Shown here piece by piece: positions 57,305-64,000 of a DNA stretch of 64,000 nt. Positions within the stretch are counted from its first letter, which is position 1, and every line of letters begins with the position of its first letter. The notes beneath the pieces were generated by a model that did no database searches, was not told the DNA's origin, and worked only from the letters and a program-made list of their open reading frames with translations. The position numbers and the translations under genes are program-made. Source of the stretch: Clostridia bacterium (GTDB lineage: Bacteria > Bacillota > Clostridia > Oscillospirales > CAG-272); assembly GCA_017625935.1 (NCBI GenBank), contig JAGALA010000029.1:1277-65276 (forward strand), written 5' to 3'.

Positions 57305-57917
57305 AAATTTTAATGTACAGATAGAGGCAATGAGTGTTGTTTTTTGCCGTTATACGGCTATGTCGCCTTGCTTGTGCAGGCAAATCTCCTTATTTCATCG
57401 GCACTTTCGGGTTTTCGTGCGCAACCATGTCCCCACGGGTCTTAAATTTGCGCAACAATGTCGCCATAGAAAATAGCTCTGAATTTGGACAAAAGAGGCT
57501 CAAATCGCCCGAAAAAGCCCCAAAATCGCTCATTTTTGCTCGGCGTTGCCGTGCAAAGTGATCTGCGTGGTCGGCATTTGTCGCCGCGCTTATTCCTGCA
57601 ACAAAATCGGGCGTGGTTAATCTTTCTCAACCTTCTTCGATTTAGCCCGATTTTTGCGTTGTCATGGGGGATTGGCGTACTTGGCCGTTCTCCTTCTCAA
57701 ACCGTCACACAGGGCTTTCTTGGGGCTTACACGGGCAGAAAAGAAGAATATATACGAGTCGGCTGTGATTCGCTCTTTCTTTGATTATGCGTATCAATTA
57801 TTGCGTTCTGTTATGACAGCTCTTTATATCTTTTTCTTTTCTGTTAGTAAATCTCTTGCTCTCTTTAATCTTCTTATGGATAAGAATTTCCGAAGCCACC
57901 CCGAAGGAATTTTTACA

Positions 57918-58205
57918 CTATTCCAAGAGAGAAACAAGATGATACATATTGCTTGTCCTCGAACCGTTTTCTCGGTAGCGATGATCCTTTTTGATAAGAC
58001 CTTTCGATTCTAATCCTTTGAGTGCGGAGTCAACCGTTTTCTTATCCATGCTGCACTCGGTTGCAATGAGTCGGCGCGAAGGGAAACAGTTGTCGGTGTT
58101 CTTATCGCTATGACGAAGCAAACAGCAATACACGAAGAACTCTTTTGGCTTCAATTTGAAATCGAATATTTGATTGGACACGATGAAGAAATTTTTGCGT
58201 TTCAT
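57918..58205 (-). CDS. Winged-HTH protein (95 aa) typical of small mobile elements
   Basis: ATG at 58205 with a GGAGGTA RBS. FFVYCCLLRHSDKNTDNCFPSRRLIATECSMDKKTVDSALKGLESKGLI. Confidence 0.55.
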   Translation of the reverse strand: MKRKNFFIVSNQIFDFKLKPKEFFVYCCLLRHSDKNTDNCFPSRRLIATECSMDKKTVDSALKGLESKGLIKKDHRYRENGSRTSNMYHLVSLLE

Positions 58206-58568
58206 TTTTACCTCCTGATGACAAAACAAAAAGACTCGTATTTACACACAGGCTTTTACGGAAACACCAATAAGCGAACGGCACTCGTTCGCTAAAACTA
58301 TAATGCTCCGTGCCGATATGTAAGTACGAGTCTTTTGACTCAAATCAGTTTGCGAGGTCATCGCTCGACCTCTTATGTTATGCTCCGAAGAGTTAATTTG
58401 GCACTTGATACATCTATTCGATTTTGAAGCTCACATCTCTGTGAGGGGCTTTATTCTAACATAAGATTTTTAGTTTGTCAATACCTTTTTGAATAATTTT
58501 TTCGCTTTTTGGAAATAATATTTCTTTTGGCACAATCGGTCTAAAACACCGTTATTTCGCTTCCCGGA

Positions 58569-58653
58569 TTGTCACGGATTTTTCGAATTTACATAAACCT
58601 TACACGCACCGAACGAAAGTATGGTAGTTAGGATTTTTCATCTGCGGTATAAT
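58569..58653 (+). promoter_or_regulatory. Putative pstS promoter region with Pho-box-like TTNACA repeats
   Basis: TTGTCA (58569), TTTACA (58588) and CTTACA (58599; 11-nt phase with the previous repeat), with TATAAT at 58648-58653. Box-to-promoter spacing is longer than is typical. Confidence 0.3.
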
Positions 58654-58687
58654 GATGGTGCAAAACACGAAAAGGAGATTTTGAACA

Positions 58688-59563
58688 ATGAAAAAGATTT
58701 TTGCACTCATACTTACATTCGCACTCACACTCTGCACTCTTGGTGCGCTGACCTCTTGCGGTGGCGCAAAGTTTGATGAAAACAAGAACATCAGCGTTGT
58801 CACCCGTGAGGACGGTAGCGGAACGAAATCCGCATTTATGGAGATTATCGGACTCAAAGGTAAAACCGATGTTTCGGGCGTTATCGTTGCAACAGGCACA
58901 GCCGCCGTTCTCCAAGAAGTCAAAGGCAATCCTCTTGCCATCGGCTACGATAGCCTTGGTTACATTACCGACGAGGTAAAGGTTCTCAAGGTTGACGGTG
59001 TCGAGCCTACTCTTGAGAACATCAAGAACGGTTCTTATAAGATTTCCCGTCCACTTAACGTAGTTTATCAAGAGAGCAAGGTGGCAAGTGAGGTCAACAC
59101 CGCATTCCTTACCTTCCTTCAAAGCTCTGATGCACAGACCATCATTTCCGACAACGGTTACGTTTCCACCAAGGAAGGCGCGGTTGCTTATACCGTAGTT
59201 CCCGGTCTAACCGGTGAGATCGCAATTTCGGGAAGCACCTCACTCAAGCCCCTTATGGAGAAGCTCGCAGCTAAATTTGAGGAAATGCAGAGCGGTGTCA
59301 GCGTTACCGTCGGTGGCGGTGGAAGCGGCACGGGATATAACGATGCCAAGAACGGCGTGTCCGATTTCGGTATGATCTCCGAAGCCTTCAATTCTTCTAA
59401 AGCGGACAACTGCACCTACTACGAGGTTGCCAAGGACGGTATTGCTGTAATCGTTAATAAGGCAAACACCTTTGACAACATTTCTCTTGAAGATCTTAAG
59501 AACATCTACAACGTAGAGGCAGGCGATTCTGCTATCAAGACTTGGGCAGGCGTTTCAAAGTAA
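58688..59563 (+). CDS. pstS: Phosphate ABC transporter substrate-binding lipoprotein
   Basis: Lipobox LTSC, plus SGTKSAF and GSGTGY phosphate-binding-type motifs. First gene of pstSCAB. Confidence 0.9.
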   Translation: MKKIFALILTFALTLCTLGALTSCGGAKFDENKNISVVTREDGSGTKSAFMEIIGLKGKTDVSGVIVATGTAAVLQEVKGNPLAIGYDSLGYITDEVKVLKVDGVEPTLENIKNGSYKISRPLNVVYQESKVASEVNTAFLTFLQSSDAQTIISDNGYVSTKEGAVAYTVVPGLTGEIAISGSTSLKPLMEKLAAKFEEMQSGVSVTVGGGGSGTGYNDAKNGVSDFGMISEAFNSSKADNCTYYEVAKDGIAVIVNKANTFDNISLEDLKNIYNVEAGDSAIKTWAGVSK

Positions 59564-59564
59564 T

Positions 59565-60506
59565 ATGAGAAATCTGTACGGATTTATTAACGCGAGAGAA
59601 AAGGTAATGCGCGGAGTATTCCTTTTCTCCGCGATCTTTTCAATTCTCGCGCTTGCGACGATAACGATATTTTTGTTAGTAAGCGGTGTGCCGTTTATCG
59701 CAAAGACAGGATTTGCAAAGTTTCTCTTTGGAAGCGATTGGGCGCCGCTTGCCGACACACCAAGCTATGGGATATTCCCGATGATCGTAGCTTCTCTTTA
59801 CGTTACGGCACTTTCTGTTATCATCGGTATAGGCATAGGACTTCTTACGGCGATAGCACTTTACAAGTTCTGCCCGAAGAAGCTCGTCGCTCCCATCAGA
59901 CAGATGATCAATCTGCTCGCAGGCATTCCTTCGGTCATTTTCGGTCTGTTCGGTATGACGATTATTGTTCCTTTCATCAGAGATTACATTTCGCCTACAG
60001 GCGTTGGTTACGGTATTCTTTCGGCTTCGCTCGTCCTTGGAATTATGATATTACCGACCATCGTAAGCGTAAGCCTTGATTCTCTGAATAGTGTTTCAAA
60101 CACCTACTACGAAGGTGCGCTCGCTCTCGGCGCAACTAAGGAGCAAGCAACCTTTAAGATTATGCTGCCTGCCGCAAAAAGCGGTATTCTCGCCGGTGTC
60201 GTTCTCGCTATCGGACGAGCGATCGGTGAAACAATGGCTGTTATTATGGTCATAGGCGGAAGCCCTGAGATGCCCGAAAGTCTATTCCAAAGCGTAAGAA
60301 CAATGACCGCAAACATTGCTATGGGTGCTTTGGAGCTGAACGGAGATGCGCTTTCTGCTCTTATCGCAACGGGCGTTGTACTGTTCGTATTCACCCTGAT
60401 ACTCAACGTCAGCTTCTCGTTGCTCAAAAAAGACAATAGCGACAAGGTCGCCGACAAGATTGCCGGCAAAATCACCGGCAAGGAAAGACGAGGTGCAAAG
60501 AAATGA
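59565..60506 (+). CDS. pstC: Phosphate ABC transporter permease PstC
   Basis: EGALALGATKEQATFKIMLPAAKSGI in the EAA loop. Six TM segments. Confidence 0.9.
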   Translation: MRNLYGFINAREKVMRGVFLFSAIFSILALATITIFLLVSGVPFIAKTGFAKFLFGSDWAPLADTPSYGIFPMIVASLYVTALSVIIGIGIGLLTAIALYKFCPKKLVAPIRQMINLLAGIPSVIFGLFGMTIIVPFIRDYISPTGVGYGILSASLVLGIMILPTIVSVSLDSLNSVSNTYYEGALALGATKEQATFKIMLPAAKSGILAGVVLAIGRAIGETMAVIMVIGGSPEMPESLFQSVRTMTANIAMGALELNGDALSALIATGVVLFVFTLILNVSFSLLKKDNSDKVADKIAGKITGKERRGAKK

Positions 60507-61327
60507 GAAAATTTTATTCTGCACTGAAATACGTTTGCATCGTCGCTCTTATTATTTCGCTCGTTGCATTGGTCGCCGTTATCGCTTACGTGCTTATCAA
60601 CGGCATGGATAAGCTTTCGATAGACCTTCTTTTTGGAGATTATAAGGATTCTCCCTCTATTCTTCCTGCGTTTATCGGTACACTTCAGCTCGTCGGAATA
60701 GCTGCTATTATTGCAGTTCCGATCGGCGTGGCAAGTGCTATCTTCCTTGTCGAATATACGGGCAACAAGGGCAAGTTCGTCAAGATCGTTCAAGTCGCTA
60801 CCGAAACTCTCGCAGGCATTCCGAGTATCGTTTACGGTCTTTTCGGTTATCTGATCTTCGTGGTCGCTTTCGGTTGGGGCTATTCGATGCTTGCAGGCGG
60901 TATCACACTTGCGATTATGATTCTGCCTACCATTGTCAGATCCACACAAGAGAGCCTGCTTTCGGTGCAAGGCGGACTTCGTGAAGGCGCGTATGCGCTT
61001 GGTACAAGCAAGGTCAGAACCATATTCAAGATCGTCCTTCCTTCTGCCGCAGGCGGTATCGTAACCGCAATTATCCTTGCAATCGGTCGAGTCGTTTCGG
61101 AGAGTGCGGTTCTGATTCTTACCATTGGTATGGTTGTCAATAAGGTTCCCGAAAGTCTTATGTCACCGGGCACAAGCCTTGCTCTTGACATTTACTATTT
61201 CGCAAGCCACGGTTATCCCGATGAAGCGGCTGCTACGGCTGTCGTTCTTCTTGTCTTTGTTATGCTACTGAACCTGCTCGCAGGTTGGATTGGCAATCTA
61301 ATCAGAAAATCAACATATGGAGATTAG
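60503..61327 (+). CDS. pstA: Phosphate ABC transporter permease PstA
   Basis: REGAYALGTSKVRTIFKIVLPSAAGGI. Overlaps pstC by 4 nt. Confidence 0.9.
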   Translation: MRKFYSALKYVCIVALIISLVALVAVIAYVLINGMDKLSIDLLFGDYKDSPSILPAFIGTLQLVGIAAIIAVPIGVASAIFLVEYTGNKGKFVKIVQVATETLAGIPSIVYGLFGYLIFVVAFGWGYSMLAGGITLAIMILPTIVRSTQESLLSVQGGLREGAYALGTSKVRTIFKIVLPSAAGGIVTAIILAIGRVVSESAVLILTIGMVVNKVPESLMSPGTSLALDIYYFASHGYPDEAAATAVVLLVFVMLLNLLAGWIGNLIRKSTYGD

Positions 61328-61375
61328 CGCGAAGATAACATTTATTCGAAACCGCAACAAAACTGCTTCGCACAT

Positions 61376-61397
61376 GAGTTTTCGCAAGCGAAAACTC
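61376..61397 (+). other. Stable intercistronic hairpin between pstA and pstB, with no T-run
   Basis: GAGTTTTCG-CAAG-CGAAAACTC, a 9-bp stem. Confidence 0.4.
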
Positions 61398-61422
61398 TCA
61401 AGCATATATAAAGGAGTAAAGC

Positions 61423-62193
61423 ATGAATGAATTTATAGGCAGGATGGATATCACCGCCAAGGGTTGTAACCTTTACTACGGTGATTTTCACGCTTTGAAA
61501 GATATAAACATAGAGATTCCTGAAAAACAGGTTACGGCTCTTATAGGGCCTTCGGGATGCGGAAAATCCACTTTTCTTAAAATATTCAACAGAATGAATG
61601 ACCTTGTGGAAGGCTGCCGTATTGAAGGCGAATACCGCATCGGTGGAGTCGACATCTTCGATAAGGAAACCGACGTGAACGTTCTTCGCAAGAACGTTGG
61701 TATGGTGTTTCAAAAGCCCAATCCGTTCCCGATGAGCATTTACGATAATATCGCATTCGCTCCGAGAACCTTCGGTATTACCAAAAAGAGCGAGCTTGAC
61801 GAGATCGTTGAGCAGTCGTTGCGCCGTGCAAGCATTTGGGACGAGGTCAAGGATCGACTTCGTAAAAACGCTCTCGGTATGAGCGGCGGTCAGCAGCAAA
61901 GACTCTGCATTGCACGCTCTCTTGCGGCAAGCCCCAAGGTGCTTCTGATGGACGAGCCTACCTCGGCTCTTGACCCAATCTCCACGGGCAAGATCGAGGA
62001 GCTGATGGAGGAACTGAAAAAGGACTTGACCATCGTGATCGTAACGCATAATATGCAGCAGGCAACGAGAATTGCTGATAAGACCGCCTTCTTCCTTCTC
62101 GGTGAGCTTGTTGAGTACGGCAACACCGACGATATTTTCACTTCTCCGAGAGATGAGCGCACAGAGCGTTATATTACGGGAAGATTCGGTTGA
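61423..62193 (+). CDS. pstB: Phosphate ABC transporter ATP-binding protein
   Basis: [34 protein letters not shown] and the C-terminal YITGRFG typical of PstB. Confidence 0.95.
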   Translation: MNEFIGRMDITAKGCNLYYGDFHALKDINIEIPEKQVTALIGPSGCGKSTFLKIFNRMNDLVEGCRIEGEYRIGGVDIFDKETDVNVLRKNVGMVFQKPNPFPMSIYDNIAFAPRTFGITKKSELDEIVEQSLRRASIWDEVKDRLRKNALGMSGGQQQRLCIARSLAASPKVLLMDEPTSALDPISTGKIEELMEELKKDLTIVIVTHNMQQATRIADKTAFFLLGELVEYGNTDDIFTSPRDERTERYITGRFG

Positions 62194-62235
62194 TTTTGTA
62201 ACAAATTTATGGTATAATATTAAGGAGATAGTGAT

Positions 62236-62889
62236 ATGTCTATCAGAAAAATATTTGAAGAAGAGCTTGCCGACTTAAAAACACAGCTTGTCGAGATGTG
62301 TCGCCTTACCGAGCAGATGATCTCGGATGCCATCACCGCGCTTGTAAACCGTGACCGTGAGCTTGGCAAAAGCATCGGTATTATGGATAAGCGTGTGGAC
62401 GAGTACGAGATGGCGATTGAGAAGAAGTGTATGCGTATTCTCTTAAAGCAACAGCCTGTTGCAAAGGATTTTCGTGAGGTTTCCACTGCGCTTAAGATGA
62501 TAACCGACATTGAACGCTTCGGCGACCAAGCCGCTGATATTGGCGACCTTGTTTACACAATGCCGGGCGACGCTTATATTAAGAAGCTCACGCACATTAC
62601 CGCTATGGGCAATCTTGCGGTCAAGATGGTCAGAGAGAGCGTAAGCTCCTTTATTAACAACGACGAGGCTCTTGCCGACGAGGTGATCGCACTTGACGAT
62701 CAAATGGACGATATGTTCCTCGCTGTCAAGACCGACCTCATCGAGCTGATCAAAAAGGACGGCAGAAACGGCGACCAAGCCATTGAGCTGATGATGGTCG
62801 CAAAATACTTGGAACGAATCGGCGACCACGCCGTGAACGTTGCCGAGTGGACAAAATATAACGAAACGGGGGTACATCAAAAGTTTTAA
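62236..62889 (+). CDS. phoU: Phosphate signalling regulator PhoU
   Basis: Two PhoU repeats, each with an ERxGD motif (DIERFGDQA and YLERIGDHA). Confidence 0.9.
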   Translation: MSIRKIFEEELADLKTQLVEMCRLTEQMISDAITALVNRDRELGKSIGIMDKRVDEYEMAIEKKCMRILLKQQPVAKDFREVSTALKMITDIERFGDQAADIGDLVYTMPGDAYIKKLTHITAMGNLAVKMVRESVSSFINNDEALADEVIALDDQMDDMFLAVKTDLIELIKKDGRNGDQAIELMMVAKYLERIGDHAVNVAEWTKYNETGVHQKF

Positions 62890-63554
62890 TGGATGAGATG
62901 ATTTATATCGTCGAAGACGACGAAGGCATAAGAGAATTATACGAAGGAGCTTTTGAAGGAGTATTCCTTACCAAAATGTTTGAGAACGGTAAGGACTTTT
63001 TTCGGTGCTTTGAAAAGACTCGCCCAAGCCTAATAATTCTTGACATTATGCTCCCCGATATGGACGGCTATACGATTCTAACAAAGATAAGAGAAATGGA
63101 CGAGAAGATTCCTGTTATTATCGTAAGTGCAAAGTCCGATGAGATAAGTGCTGTAAAAGGATTGAACAAGGGCGCTGACGATTATATGACAAAGCCCTTC
63201 TCGGTGCTTGAGTTGATCGCCCGTGTCAAGACAAACATTCGCCGCGCTAACCTTTACGTGACAAGTCAGAAAGGCTTTGTCATTGACAATAACGTTTATA
63301 AGATCTTTTACGAAGGACACGACCTTGGGCTTACCTTGAAGGAATTCAAGCTTCTCAAAATCCTGATCGCACGAGCAGGTGTTACCATCGAGCGCGAGGA
63401 GCTTTTCCGTGAGGTTTGGGGCGAGAGCTATATGGGCGAAACGAGAACGCTTGATATACATATCTCTCAGCTACGTGACAAGATTACCGAATGTGGTGGA
63501 GGCGATGTGATCGTTACCGTGCGCGGTATCGGCTATCGCTTTGTGGGGCAATAG
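62889..63554 (+). CDS. OmpR/PhoB-family response regulator
   Basis: Receiver domain (LDIMLPDMDG, SAKSD, KPF) plus a winged-helix C-terminus (LTLKEFKLLKIL...TLDIHISQLR...VRGIGYRF). Confidence 0.9.
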   Translation: MDEMIYIVEDDEGIRELYEGAFEGVFLTKMFENGKDFFRCFEKTRPSLIILDIMLPDMDGYTILTKIREMDEKIPVIIVSAKSDEISAVKGLNKGADDYMTKPFSVLELIARVKTNIRRANLYVTSQKGFVIDNNVYKIFYEGHDLGLTLKEFKLLKILIARAGVTIEREELFREVWGESYMGETRTLDIHISQLRDKITECGGGDVIVTVRGIGYRFVGQ

Positions 63555-63557
63555 CTT

Positions 63558-64000
63558 ATGAAAAAGAAGATATTTTATAAGGTGTTTGCCTCAACGCTTG
63601 CCTGCGTTCTTCTGATGTTCGTGTTCGGCATCATTGCCGTTAATATGAATACGAATAAGATCGTAAGCGAACGCTTGAAGGATGAAACCGAGCTTGCCGC
63701 TACGCTGATGAATGAGCAGAGCGATTTTGCAGTCTTTAATAAGTACTCTGATAACCCCGAGCTTCGTATTACGATTTTCGATACAGACGGTAATGTTCTT
63801 TACGAGAGCGACACGAAAGCTCCCCTCGAAAATCACAGAGACCGTGAGGAAATAAAAAACGCCCTTGAAGGCAAGCCCGATACCGTAGAAAGATATTCGG
63901 AAACCTTCAAGTGTGATATGACCTATTACGCAACAAAAACCGCCCTTTCGGACGGTACGGAGGTGATTCTTCGACTTGCGGTAAGAAGTAGCCAAGTGAC
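63558..64000 (+). CDS. Sensor histidine kinase, N-terminal part only (PhoR-like), truncated by the window end
   Basis: My own translation from the ATG at 63558 gives MKKKIFYKVFASTLACVLLMFVFGIIAVNM... (TM), then ...HRDREEIKNALEGKPDTVERYSETF..., typical of PhoR-type sensor domains. The frame stays open to the window end. Confidence 0.7.
   Translation, partial: MKKKIFYKVFASTLACVLLMFVFGIIAVNMNTNKIVSERLKDETELAATLMNEQSDFAVFNKYSDNPELRITIFDTDGNVLYESDTKAPLENHRDREEIKNALEGKPDTVERYSETFKCDMTYYATKTALSDGTEVILRLAVRSSQV

Noticed and set aside
60107-62049. Long antisense ORFs 60107-60970(-) (287 aa) and 61342-62049(-) (235 aa).
   Set aside because: They lie entirely opposite pstC/pstA and pstB, whose products carry unmistakable ABC motifs. 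The antisense translations have no recognisable motifs.

Overview
The window reads as chromosome from a strictly anaerobic Firmicute, probably Clostridia-like. This rests on a class III RNR, a flavodiiron protein, a BspA-type LRR surface protein and many lipobox lipoproteins; the taxon guess is low confidence.

Gene content, left to right:
- DUF1538 membrane protein plus a tandem P-II-like protein.
- A lexA-like / 84-aa ORF / Y-family polymerase cassette, then trmO.
- A 16.5-kb co-directional minus-strand cluster: a giant 2464-aa S8 protease-LRR surface protein, a B-repeat/GLUG-like lipoprotein, an oversized 887-aa family-5 peptide-binding lipoprotein, OppBCDF and a small membrane protein.
- A putative extracytoplasmic thiol-redox module (CxxC-tailed membrane protein plus a NapH-like polyferredoxin fused to a TlpA-like thioredoxin domain). 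It lies convergent with three paralogous lipoproteins, the largest carrying an embedded thioredoxin fold. This is my best candidate for an undescribed system.
- A GT2 and a clan GH-A hydrolase.
- nrdG, nrdD fused to a glutaredoxin-like domain, and a trxB-like reductase lacking the HRR motif.
- A secreted protein, small membrane proteins, and a TetR regulator next to a four-domain flavodiiron-rubredoxin protein.
- An ECF sigma module.
- A mosaic accessory stretch: an AT-rich islet, a GH78 rhamnosidase with an in-frame amber codon, and a large serine recombinase module.
- pstSCAB-phoU plus a phoB/phoR-like pair; the kinase is cut by the window end.

I recognised no rRNA, complete tRNA, CRISPR array or reverse transcriptase.

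Non-genic highlights:
- Two families of modular, hairpin-rich intergenic repeats.
- One family contains a phased array of mini-hairpins whose stems differ by compensatory changes.
- A 48-nt duplication of a gene 3' end flanks one repeat insertion.

All functional calls come from motif recognition by eye. No database search was run.
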